Shown here in pieces: positions 12,816-25,303 of a DNA stretch of 64,000 bases; position 1 is the first letter of the stretch, and each line of letters begins with the position of its first letter. Position numbers and translations under genes: made by a program. Source of the DNA: Octopus vulgaris. Taxonomy: Eukaryota. The notes under the pieces were generated by a model that was given only the letters and a program-made list of their open reading frames with translations, made no database searches and was not told where the DNA came from. The DNA is taken from the NCBI GenBank assembly GCA_951406725.2, contig OX597834.1:26412001-26476000 (forward strand). Reading direction: 5' to 3'.

Positions 12816-13950
12816 GAACTAGAAGTAGTTGATAGCTTCTGTTACCTAGGTGACCAAGTCAGTAGCGGGGGTGGATGCTCTGAAAGTGTAGCTGCTAGAA
12901 TAAGAATAGCCTGGGCAAACTTCAGAGAGTTCCTGCCTCTGCTGGTGACAAAGGGCCTCAGAGTAAAAGGTAGACTGTATGACGCATGTGTATGAACCTA
13001 TGCTACATGGCAGTGAAACATGGGCTGTGACTGCTGAGGACATGCGTAAGCTTGCAAGGAATGAAGCCAGTATGTTCCGCTGGATGTATACTATCAGTAT
13101 GCATACACGATAGTGTAAGTGCCTTGAGAGAAAAGTTGGGCCTAAGAAGCATCAGATGCGGTGTGCAAGAGAGACGACTGCGTTGGTTTGTTCATGTGGT
13201 GAGAATGGATGAGGATAGCTGTGTGAAAAAGTGTCACACCCTAGCAGTTGAGGGAACCTGTGGAAGAGGTAGACCCAGGAAGACCTGAGATGAGGTGATG
13301 ATGCATGACCTTCGAACATTAGGCTTCACCGAGGCAATGACTAGTGACCAAGACCTTTGGAAATATGCTGTGCTTGAGAAGACCCGGCAAGCCAGTGAAA
13401 CCATAACCCATGGCCTATGCCAGGGGTGTAACCAGCCCTCTTGTGCGTACCTTTCTTTCATTGGACACTAAACTCTGTTTGCAAAGACCTGTTGAGGCAA
13501 GTGAAATCGAAATCAAATTCACTGATGCAGCCGATGACAGCACTGCCTGACTGGCATCTGTACTAGTGGAACGTTAAGAGCACCATCCAAGCATGATCGT
13601 TGCTAGGGCCGCTGACTGGCTCCCGTGCCAGTGGCACATAAAAAGCACCATTCGAGCGTGCTTGTTACCAATGTTGCCTTACTGGCACTTGTGCTGGTGG
13701 CATGTGAAAAAAACATTCGAGCTGGCTCCTGTGCTGTGGTTGCTGCCAGTACCGCCTGACTGGTTCTTGTGCCGGTGGCATGTAAAAGCACGCACTACAC
13801 TCTCGGAGTGGTTGGCGTTAGGAAGGGCATCCAGCTGTAGAAACTCTGCCAGATGAGATTGGAACCTGGTGCGGCCATCTGGCTCACCAGTCCTCAGTCA
13901 AACCGTCCAACTCATGCCAGCATGGAGAGCGGATGTTAAATGATGATAAT
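12816..13950 (+). mobile_element. RTE-clade LINE 3' part: degenerate RT C-terminus, 3' UTR with tandem units, (GAT)n tail
   Basis: LEVVDSFCYLG..ARIRIAW..F..KGRLYDACV..HGSETW..RRLRWF.HV.RM..GRGRPRKT, with stops and frameshifts; continues into family-C sequence. Confidence 0.85.
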
Positions 13951-13952
13951 GA

Positions 13953-13986
<34 letters not shown>

Positions 13987-14182
13987 ATATATATATGTGT
14001 GTTATGTATGTATATGTGTTATATATAAATATATATGTGTGTGTGCATGTATATATGTGTATTTATATAAGTCAGAGTATGAATGTTTACAAGAAAACCT
14101 GACAAGACATTCTGATGACTCAGTTTCATATTACTTGGCTATAGGCCAAGTATCAATTAACTTAGCTAAAATACGAACAATA

Positions 14183-14347
14183 GACGCAGGAGTGGCTGTG
14201 TGGTAAGTAGCTTGCTAACCAACCACATGGTTCTGGGTTCAGTCCCACTGCGTGGCACCTTGGGTAAGTGTCTTCTACTATAGCCTCGGGCCAACCAAAG
14301 CCTTGTGAGTGGATTTGGTAGACGGAAACTGAAAGAAGCCCGTTGTA

Positions 14348-14407
<60 letters not shown>

Positions 14408-14629
14408 TGCGTGTATGTTTGTGTGTCTGTGTTTGTCCCCCTAGCATTGCTTGACAACCGATGCTGGTGTGTTTATGTCCCCGTCACTTAACGGTTCGGC
14501 AAAAGAGACCGATAGAATAAGTACTGGGCTTACAAAGAAGAAGTCCATGGGTCGAGTTGCTCGACTAAAGGCGGTGCTCCAGCATGGCCACAGTCAACTG
14601 ACTGAAACAAGTAAAAGAGTAAAAGAGTA
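14183..14629 (+). mobile_element. SINE family A, plus orientation
   Basis: Same consensus as above. Other plus copies at about 31685-32096, 48472-48945, 57901-58301. Confidence 0.85.
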
Positions 14630-14998
14630 ATTAGTGTAAAACTCAACATCATCCAAAACGTTTTGGCTGCTTTTTTTAAATAAATATATATTTCAATTCT
14701 ATAATTTATATCAAGTGATTTTGTTCTTTAAATGTACATAGCTTAAGAATTTTATAAACTTTTGAGAGAATTTGAATAAGTATTTTTTGAAATATTTTGA
14801 AGTGCACGCACAGATAAAGCTATACATATCAACATGTAAATATTGGGTTGAAAAAATCCCTTTTGGATGTAAAGTGTCTCTTAGGCTGCCTTCAACTTTT
14901 CCTGTCAATATCCTGTTATGTTTAGCTTTACATGTATTCTTTGAGATATTCCAAGTAGAATCAGTATCTAACATATTTGATGTGTTTGTTACTTTTAG

Positions 14999-15397
14999 GC
15001 TGAAGACCAAAATGATGAGATGCTTGCCCTCACACAGCATTGGTTCAGCTTAATCTCCAGCAACCCTTTTAATTTAATCTTCTCGATCGGCCAACAACCA
15101 TTCCCTAACATCCGACTGGCCTCCAAAAGCATATACGTGTCGTTAGCCAACCAGCGCTGGGCTTTAGAACTGATGGCACACCACCCGACTTTCATTGAGT
15201 ACCTGCTAGACCGATCGACCGAAGCGTCATCAGAAGACAAGCGACTGAAGTACAAAGTAGTCGAGGCTTTGCTACAGAACAGCTGCACCGAGGAGATGTT
15301 CGGTTCACCGAATTACCTGAAACTGCGTTTGTATCAGCAACAGGGACCATTTTATGTGCTATCACAACCTGCTGTTACGATGGAAGGGGACTGTTAA
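14999..15397 (+). CDS. PSMD5: PSMD5 terminal coding exon (AEDQNDEMLALTQHWF...GPFYVLSQPAVTMEGDC*)
   Basis: cttttAG acceptor at 14997-14998, TAA stop. QQPFP, ANQRWA, FIEYLLDRSTE and FGSPNYLKLRLYQQQGPFYV match the PSMD5 C-terminus (QPFPE, [37 protein letters not shown]). Confidence 0.93.
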   Translation, partial: AEDQNDEMLALTQHWFSLISSNPFNLIFSIGQQPFPNIRLASKSIYVSLANQRWALELMAHHPTFIEYLLDRSTEASSEDKRLKYKVVEALLQNSCTEEMFGSPNYLKLRLYQQQGPFYVLSQPAVTMEGDC

Positions 15398-15442
15398 GCA
15401 GGTGAAACTGATTTCAATGTTTGTTTATATTGGATCAGTTGA

Positions 15443-15448
15443 AATAAA
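15443..15448 (+). promoter_or_regulatory. Candidate proximal polyadenylation signal for PSMD5
   Basis: AATAAA about 45 nt after the stop, followed by a GT/T-rich tract (ttgtgtctttt). Common by chance in AT-rich DNA. Confidence 0.35.
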
Positions 15449-16589
15449 AACCATTCTGACACCATCAAACTTGTGTCTTTTATTTTTATTTGTTTCAGCC
15501 ATTGGACTATATGGCCATGCTGGGGCACGGCCTTATCAAGGGTCTTAGTTGAACGAACTGACCCCCAGTACTTAGTTTTTCTTTTTAAGCTTGTAATTGT
15601 TCTCTCTCTCTTTTACTCTTTTACACGTTTCAGTCATTTGACTGCGGTCATGCTGGAGCACCGCCTTTAGTCGAACAAATCAACCCCGGGACTTATTCTT
15701 TGTAAGCCCAGTATTTATTCTATCGGTCTCTTTGGCCGAACCGCTAAGTGACGGGGACGTAAACGCACAAGCATCGGTTGTCAAGCAATGCTAGGGGTAC
15801 AAACACAGACACACAAACACATACATACATATACATATATACGACAGGCTTCTTTCAGTTTCCGTCTACCAAATCCACTCACAAGGCATTGGTCGGCCCG
15901 GGGCTATAGCAGAAGACACTTGCCCAAGATGCCACGCAGTGGGACTGAACCCGGAACCATGTGGTTGGTTAGCAAGCTACTAACCACACAGCCACTCCTG
16001 CGCCGTTCTGTCAATCTCTTTTGCTGAACCCCTAAATTATGGGGACAGAAACAAACCAACACCGGTTGTCGAGTGGCAGTGGGAGGCAATCACAAACACA
16101 CACATACAAAAGGCTCCCATACATCTGGTCCATATGCTTGTAAACAACAACAAATTCTGCTAAATGTACCCATGGGTTAGATCATCATCATCATCATTAT
16201 CATCGTTTAACGTCCGTTTTCCGCGCTAGCATGGGTTGACAGTGCTAAAGTGTGTGTGTATGTATGTGTGTGGAGTGGGGTTTCCTCTACCCTTTTTAGA
16301 AACAGGACTATATTAGGTATATGGTAGCCTAGTGTTACATATCAACATCATCATTGTTTTTCATCTGCTTTTCCATGCTGTCATGGGTTGATTGGGACTT
16401 TTTGAAGCAATGTTTTATGTCTAGATGCCTTCCAAGATGATCTTTTAGTAATGTTTTACAACACCAGCCATGTGGCTCTTCTCTGGATGCAGCCCTGGGT
16501 TACTGTGTGCATCAGAAGAGAATTCGTTAAATTTAATTGCTGTGATGAATGAAAGATTTAATATTTCAGTTTCAAGCTGGCATGGTGCT

Positions 16590-17040
16590 CTTAATGTTCT
16601 CAAGCACAGCATATTTCCAAAGGTCTCAGTCACTAGTCATTGTCTCGGTGAGGCCTAATGTTCAGAGGTTGTGCTTCACCACCTTATCCCAGGTCTTCCT
16701 GGGTCTACCTCTTCCACAGATTCCTTCAACCGCTAGAGTGTGACACTCGGAGATGAGGGAGTCTTGCCTTATCAAGCTGCTGCTGCTGCTTTTCACAGCT
16801 CTGGTACTGTGGACATGATTAGAATGTTAGAGGAAAGAATCGCATGATGAATTCTTCAGACCAAGCTGACCGGCAGGAGGCCTAGGGGTAGATGAAGAAC
16901 AAGATGGTTGGATAATATCTATGTAATCTCAGTTGATGGTGCTTGGGGATCAAGCAAGGAAATATAGTGATCGTTTCTTTTGATAGTTATGCAGCAGATG
17001 CCTTAGGACTTTATTCCCCGTAACCCTTTCAAAAATAGGG
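16590..17040. mobile_element. Two RTE-type LINE fragments (16590-16747 minus, same family as 12816; about 16800-17040 plus)
   Basis: First piece is the reverse complement of about 13230-13385. Second encodes a degenerate ..GRRPRGR*RTRWLDNI. Confidence 0.6.
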
Positions 17041-19204
17041 GGCAGAGAAAATGGATGGATGGTTTTGTTAACAAACAACAAGAGTTACTCTTTTAATTGT
17101 TTCAGTCATTTGCCTGCGGCCATGCAGGAGCACCGCCTTTAGTCGAGCAAAACGACCCCAGGACTTATTCTTTGTAAGCCTAGTACTTATTCTATCGGTC
17201 TCTTTTGCTGAACTGCTAAGTTACAGGGACGTAAACACACCACCATCGGTTGTCAAGCAATGTTGGAGGAACAAACACACACACACACGCATATATATAT
17301 ATATATACATATATATATAAGGCGGAGAGCTGGTAGAAACGTTAGCACGCCGGGCAAAATTCGTAGCCGTATTTTGTCTGTCGTTACGTTCCGAGTTCAA
17401 ATTCTACCGATGTCGACTTTGCCTTTCATCCTTTCGGGGTCGATAAAGTAAGTACCAGTTACGCACTGGAGTCGATGTAGTCGACTTAATCCCTTTGTCT
17501 GTCCTTGTTTGTCCCCTCTGTGTTTAGCCCCTTGTCGGTAGTAAAGAAATATATACGACAGGCTTCTTTCAGTTTTCGTCTACCAAATCCACTCACAAGG
17601 CTTTGGTCAGCCCGAGGCTATAGTAAAAGAGATTGACAGAATAGTTACGATCATTATTGTTTCTTTACTCATTGCAATTAACCTTAACGACCTCACTAAC
17701 GAACCCTTTTGAATGGCGTTGCTTTTTATTGCACATCTGTTTGGACTCAACATAGGAAAACAGACAAACATTAAGATAATGTCATTATTGTTTAATTATT
17801 TGAAGTTAATTCCTTATTAAATAGATGATTGTTAGTTTTTTTTTTTATAATTAACAAAATATTGATTATAATCTACAGGGTTATTTGTAATGTTTACTTA
17901 AGCTGTTTATTAAAGCTACTTGTCTAGACTGTCGTTAAGTTCGTTAGCCCCAGGTCAGCTGTGATCCAGTAAAACTATTATCACAGGCATTCCATCCATG
18001 ACCATATCATCATTTAGTCAAGTTCAATTTTCAGTTGATGTTGTTTATGCTTTTACGCTTTTACTTGTTTCGGTCATTTGACTGTGGCCATGCTGGAGCA
18101 CCGCCTTTAGTCGAGCAAATCGACCCCAGGACTTATTCTTTGTAAGCCTAGTACTTATTCTATCGGTCTCTTTTGCCGAACCACTAAGTTACGGGGACGT
18201 AAACACACCAGCATCGGTTGGCAGCGATGTTGGGGGGGACAAACACGGACACACAAACACACACATACATATACGACAGGCTTCTTTCAGTTTCCATCTA
18301 CCAAATCCACTCACAATGCTTTGGTCAGCCTGAGGCTATAGTAGAAGACATTTGCCTAAGGTGCCACGCAGTGGGAATGAACCCGGAACCATGTGGTTGG
18401 TAAGCAAGCTACTTACCCCACAGCCACTCCTACGCCTACTGTTTATGAAATTTTAATTTAGAAATTTTGATGGAATGTGAAATAGTTAATTTTTAATTTG
18501 AAGCGGATAAAGCTATAAATAATAGTATGCAAATATTGGGTTAAACCACCTTCGGATGGGGAAACCCCAAAACAGCCTGAGGGCCCTTTTCTATTCAAAG
18601 AATTTTTGTTGTTTAACAGTCATAACCTAGTAAATCTTTGATCAGAAGCATTTAATTTGAGACCATTCCATTTTTTAAAACTCCATTTTATGTCTGAAGA
18701 TCTGCATCGCCTTACTAGCGCTTGTGCTGATGGCACGTCAAAAAAACATTTGAGCGAGGTTGTTGCCAGTGCCGCTGGACTGGCTCCTGTGCAGTGGCAC
18801 ATAAAAAGCACCATTTGAGTGTGGCCGTTTTCCAGTACCACCTGACTGGCCCTCATGTCTGTGCCACATAAAAGCACCCACTACACTCTCGGAGTGGTTG
18901 GCGTTACGAAGGGCATCCAGCTGTAGAAACTCTGCCAGATCAGATTGGAGTCTGATTCGCCAGACCTCAGTCAAATCGTCCAACCCATGCCAGCATAGAA
19001 AGTGGACGTTAAACGATGATGATGAGGAGGAGGATAAGCCAGAACTTACATCCACAACAACTCATCTCACATGGGTTGAACAGGCTTTTGCAATCTAAGT
19101 TAATTCTTATTCATATGCTGGTACTATGTAAAAGGTGCCTGGGTTGGTGCCATGTAAAAAGCATCCACACCAGTGCCATGTAAAAAAGCATCTGGGCTAT
19201 CTGT

Positions 19205-19413
19205 TTTCCCGGTTTCAATGGTGTATGTGTTCCCCAGCTGGACGGGATGCCAGTCCAACGCAGCGTTACTCATTTTTGCCAGATGAGTGGACTGGAGCAA
19301 CATGAAATGAAGGGTTTTGCTCAAGAACACAACGTGTCGCCTGGTCCAGGAATCGAAACCACAATCTTAGGATCATGGTGCTGACACCCTAACCACTAAG
19401 CCACGTGCCTCCA
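19205..19413 (-). mobile_element. tRNA-derived SINE with CORE-like central segment
   Basis: Reverse complement reads GGAGGCACGTGGCTTAGTGGTTAGG..GGTTTCGATTCC..GTGTTCTTGAGCAAAACCCTTCATTTC. Partial relatives at about 50860-50960(+) and 59850-60000(-). Confidence 0.6.
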
Positions 19414-20661
19414 CGTTCCCTATGTATAGTGTTTGGCATTAGGAAAGGCATCCAACAATAGAAACCATACCAAAGCAGACAATTGGAACCTATGCAGCTC
19501 TCTGGCTGGTCAGCTCCTGTCCAACCCTACCTGCATGGAAAATGGATGTTAAATGATAATGATGAGTCAAGGCGGCGAGCTGGCAGAAACGTTAGCACGC
19601 CGGGCGAAATGTGTAGCCGTATTTCATCTGTCGTTACGTTCTGAGTTCAAATCTCGCCGAGGTCGACTTTGCCTTTCATCCTTTCGGGGTCGATAAATTA
19701 AGTACCAGTTATGCACTGGGGTCGATATAATCAACTTAATCCATTAGTCTGTCCTTGTTTGTCCCCTCTATGTTCAGCCCCTTGTGGGTAATAAAGAAAC
19801 AGATAATGATGAGTTACTGGTCTCCTAAGTGTGTCAGGCAATCACATCTTGTTCTTAAGTTTCCATTTTGGCTGTTACATCTATCATTTTACAGGAGTGG
19901 GAAATATTTCAATGTGGTGCCAGTGCTAGAGCTTATGTCCAGGACTAAATAGTCCTCTTGACTGCCATTCTTTAGGCATGCATGTATGTGTGTGTGTTTG
20001 TGTAGAATTAATTGGATTACTATTCTGGTGACTAGGAGAGCCTCTGTCTGAAGAAAACTACCTCAGCTTACTCTTGTCTGACCTATGCATGCAGGGTAAA
20101 ATAGATGTTATGATGATGATGATGATATATGTATATATGTAAGGCGGCGAGCTGGCAGAAACGTTAGCATGCTGGGCAAAATGCTTACCGGTATTTCGTC
20201 TGCTGCTACGTTCTGAGTTCAAATTCCACCGAGGTTGACTTTGCCTTTCATCCTTTCAGGGTCGATTAAATAAGTACCAGTTATGCACTGGAGTCGATAT
20301 AATCGACTTACTCCATTTGTTTGTCCCCTCTGAGGATAGAAATTTTGGAGGAGATGGGGCTTGTCAATTACATGGACCATAACGCTTGACCGGTACTTGT
20401 TTTATTGACCCTGGAAAGATAAAAGGCAAAGTTGACCGTGGTGGAATTTGAACTCAGAACATAATGATTTAGTAAAGTGCTAAGAATTCTGTCAGGTCAC
20501 CACCTTGTGGGCAGTAAAGAAATAGATATATGTACGTGTTCCTGATACAGTGAAAACTGATATTGTTACTCCTCAAAATCAGCTTTGTGTATTTATGTCA
20601 ATCATCCCACCCTATACTCTAATAATAAATTAAGGAGCAGCAGCACACCTACACATAGAAA

Positions 20662-20700
<39 letters not shown>

Positions 20701-20729
20701 GTATGTGTGTTACGGAGAACCAGAACTAT

Positions 20730-22995
20730 TTTTTTTGATGAGCTAACAATTCTGCCAACTCATTGTCCTACAGTAATAATTCTTTAAGATTTTAGTACAA
20801 GGCTAGTAATTTAACCCTTTAGTGTTCGCATTATTCTGCCAAGATTAATGCTTCTTTATCCACATTGTTTTGAACTAATCAGGCATTAATCTTGTAGCTA
20901 TGAGATTTTGATGAGATAGCTGTTAATTTTTAAAACGATATTGTAGGCTTGGTGTGAGAGACCAGATCTGGCCAGTTTGAACATAAAACAGGCAGAATAT
21001 TTTTGGCCGGATACGGCCGGTTTAAATGCTAAAGGGTTAAATGGGTAGGGGTTAGTTGATTACATTAACCCCAATACTTGATTGGTACTTTATTTTATTG
21101 ACCTCAAAAGGATGAATGACAAAGTTGACCTTTACTGGATTTGAAAGCAGAATGTAAAATGTCAGAAGAAATGCTGCAAAGTAGTTTTCCAGTACTTTAA
21201 TGATTTTGCTAATCCACTTCCCTTTTAATGGTTTTTTAACATAGGCACATGACCAGATGTTTTGAGGGGAGGGGCTAAGTCAGTACCATCAGCCCTAGTA
21301 CTTGATTGGTGGTTTGTTTTATCTGCCCTGAAAGGAAGAAAAGCAAAGTTGATCTGAGAAAGATTTGAACTCAGAATGTAAAGAGCCCAGGAAAATAATG
21401 TTTTATCAATTCTAGCAGCTGGTCACCCTAATAATAATAATAATAATAATAATCCTTTCTGCTGTAGGCTCAGAGCCTGAAATTTTAAGGGAGGGGTTAA
21501 GTTGACTACATTGATCCTGGTGCTCAACTGGTGCTTAATTTATCAACCCTGAAAGGATGAAAGGGAAAGTCGACCTTGGTAGAATTTGAACTCAGAACAT
21601 ATAAATGGATGAAATGCTGCTAAGCATTTTTCTGGTGTGCTGATAATTCTGCCAGCTTGCTACCTTAATAATAATAATAATAATAATAATGCTTTCTACT
21701 ATAAGCACAAGGCCTGAAATTTTGAGGGAAGAGGGCTACTTGATTACATCGACACTGCTCAACTGACCCAAAAGGATGAAAGGCAAAGTCAGCCTTGGTG
21801 GAATTTGAACTCGGGACTTATAGATGGATGAAATGCTGTTGTGCATTTTTCCGGTGTGCTAACTATTCTGTCAGCTTATCGCCTTCCTAATGATGATTTC
21901 AAATTTTGGCTCAAGGCCAGCAATTTAGGGGGAAGGGGGTAAATCAACCATATCGACCCGGATACTCAACTGGTTCTTATTTTAATGACACTGAGAAAAA
22001 TGAAAGGCAAAGTTGACCTCGGCAGAATTTGGATTCGCAATGTGAAGATGGACAAAATGCTGCTAAGCATTTTTCCCATCATGCTAACTATTCTACTGAC
22101 TTGCCACCTTCCATAGTGTGTTTTGGATTGGTTTATATGACTCTCACTCAATAATAATAATTATAATTATAATTATAATAATCCTTTCTACTAATGGCAC
22201 AAGGCTTAAAATTTTGGAGAAGTGAGTACATTGATAACATTGACCCAGTAGTCAACTGGTACTTACTTCTATTTCTTTACTACCCACAAGAGGCTAAACA
22301 CAGACGGGACAAACAAGGACAGACAAACGGATTAAGTCGATTACATCGACCCCAGTGCATAACTGGTACTTAATTTATCGACCCCGAAAGGATGAAAGGC
22401 AAAGTTGACCTTGGCGGAATTTGATCTCGGAACATAACGACAGACAAAATACAGCTATGCATTTCGCCCGGTGTGCTAACGTTTCTGCCAGCTCGCCGCC
22501 TGGCACTTACTTCATTGCCCTTGAAGGTATGCCTGGCAAAGTTGATCTCAGTGGAATTTGAACTCAGAATGAAAAGAACTCAATAACAATTCTGCCAGTT
22601 CATCACCTTAAAAATAATAATTGTTTCTAATTTTGGCACAATGCCAGCAAGTTTAGGGGCGGGGTAAGTCAATTACATGGACCCAAGTGTTCAACTGGTA
22701 CTTATTTTATTGACTTCAAAAGGATGACAGGCAAAGTTCATCATGACAGAATTCGAACTCAGAACGTAAAACCAGAAAAAGCAAGCCATCTTAATAATAA
22801 ACCTTTCTACAATGGACACAAGGCATGAAATTTTGGAGGAGATGGGGCTTGTCAATTACATGGACCTTAACGCTCGACCAATACTTGTTTTATTGACCCT
22901 GGAAAGATAAAAGGCAAAGTTGACCTTGGTGGAATTTGAACTCAGAACATAATGATTTAGTAAAGTGCTAACAATTCTGTCAGGTCACCACCTAA
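20730..22995 (-). repeat. Head-to-tail cluster of about 10 old family-B-related SINEs separated by (AAT)n
   Basis: Recurring cctttctac..ggcacaaggc..aaattt..gttga..acat..accc..actggtactt..aaaggatgaaaggcaaagt.gacct..gaatttgaactcagaa, all in one orientation. Includes the nested MITE at 20815-21036 and a younger SINE B at 22268-22501. Confidence 0.75.
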
Positions 22996-23649
22996 AAAAT
23001 AGATGATGATGACGATGATGATGATGATGATGATGACAATGGTGGTGGTGGTAGTGGTGGTGATGGTTTCTTTATTTGCAACAAAGGTAATTGATGTGGA
23101 GACATTGCATGGACAATAATAATGGTCAATAAAGAACTGAAAGTCTGCTAAGTTCATTCTCCATTGTGTCTTGTTGTTGTTGTTGTTGCTGTTGTTATAA
23201 ATCTTAATTTTATTGATCTTTCTAAAGAATTTATTTGTTTTTCTCTCCTTGCCTATCAATGGTTTTTTTTTGTCTATTGATTGAGGTATGTATGAACATA
23301 TGGAAAGAGATAGATAGATAGATAGATAGACAGACAGAGAGATGTATAGATTGATAGATAGATAGATAGATAGATAAATAGGAGGATAGATAGAAAGAAA
23401 GATAGATAGATAGACAGAAAGAGAGATGGATAGATAAATAGGTTGATAGCCAGATAGAGAGGTTGGTTGATCAATAATTAAGGAAGTAGACAGAGATAGA
23501 GAGATAAAGACAAGTAGGTAGATAGATGGATGGAGAGAGAGGTAGATAGGTGCATATATACACATATACATACATGCATACATATATATATATATGTGTG
23601 TGTGTGTATATATATATATACATATATACATATATATACACACATATAT

Positions 23650-23700
<51 letters not shown>

Positions 23701-24276
23701 CATATATATAGGGAGAGAGAACAATGTAAAGACAAACAAGGTCTCTCAGAATATTTGATGTTTTATTGGTCTTATTGAATTAACAGTGGTTCCTGATGGA
23801 ATCTGTCCCACAAATGTTTTATATTTTAGATTTAAACTATAACGTTCACCTTGAATGGTGCTAAGTCTTTCATTTTGATATTATAGAAAAGAAACAAAAA
23901 TATATGCATTTGCTTGAATACATAAAGAAGACTACTAACAACCCCTCAACCATTGTTGCTGCCAAGAGAGAGGGAAAAAAAGAAATGAAAATGAATAATA
24001 TGAAATCAAGACAAAGAACTTGAAAAGATTCAAGGATTTTATTTATTTATTTATCTATTTTTGTTGTATTAAAATATTGAATATTGATAATTTTTGGAAA
24101 TGTTGTTTTAATGAAGTGGCAGTGTTAGACCGACAGACAGACAGACAGACAGATGGAGAAAAAAAAGAGAGGGAGAGGGAGGCAGGGAGATGGGGAGAAA
24201 AAAGAGAGAGAGGGAGTGAGATACATACATAGTTTTAAAAAGAAAGCTAATCAGAGAAACATTTGTTAGTTTTATG

Positions 24277-24347
<71 letters not shown>

Positions 24348-24627
24348 GTCTGTCTGTCTGTCTGTCTATTTACTTACATATCATCATCATCATCGTTTAA
24401 CGTCCGTTTTCCATGCTAGCTTGGGTTGGACGGTTCGACCGGGGATCTGGGAAGCCAGGAGGCTGCACCAGGCTCCAGTCTGGTCTGGTAGTGTTTCTAC
24501 AGCTGGATGCCCTTCCTAACGCCAACCACTCCATGAGTGTAGTGGGTGCTTTTTACGTGCCACTGGCACAGGTGCCAGGGGAGGCTGTCAGCGGCCATGA
24601 TCGGTTGATGCTTTTTACGTGCCACCA

Positions 24628-24850
24628 GAGAGAGTCATTTTCTTTTTGCGCCTTATAATAACACATTCACCAGCAAAATTTCCACTTATTTCTTATTTTT
24701 ATAGGAAAATAAAAATAAGAAATAAGTGGAAATTTTACCGGTGAGTGTGTTAAATTATAAGGCACAAAAAGAGAATGGCTCTCCCCAGACACAACAGAAT
24801 CTGTGCCAACACACAAACTCACATAAAGAATCTTGCAAACCAAATCCATA

Positions 24851-24853
<3 letters not shown>
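24628..24853. mobile_element. Foldback MITE-like element; second copy at 40031-40292
   Basis: Long internal inverted repeat: agagtcattttctttttg..cactcacc..ttccacttattt / aaataagtggaa..ggtgagtgtg..caaaaaga.aatg.ctct. Confidence 0.7.
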
Positions 24854-24895
<42 letters not shown>

Positions 24896-24972
24896 ACTTT
24901 ATACTTTAAGTAGCCAAGAAATAAGCTGTAACTTCAGATGGGAGTTAAATGGAAGTATGTATGTATCTGTGA

Positions 24973-25016
<44 letters not shown>

Positions 25017-25303
25017 GCAAAGGTTGATGGATAGAAATATAGTGAAAGAAACATCGTTTGGTAGTTTGTCTAAAAATCACTGATGATGCAGATTCACTTT
25101 TAGTAGTTTGAACTTATGACCTCAGTAACATTAGGTCAAAGGTCACATTAACAATGGAGACACCCTAATTTGTGACAGAGATCTATGATTGTTCACATCA
25201 TTAATGATTGTTACAGTTTCTTTGCTAATTTCATAAGTTTTTAATGCTGTCTGTAACCTCATTGTAGCAACTCCTGTGATGACACTGGTGCCAGATTATA
25301 ATG

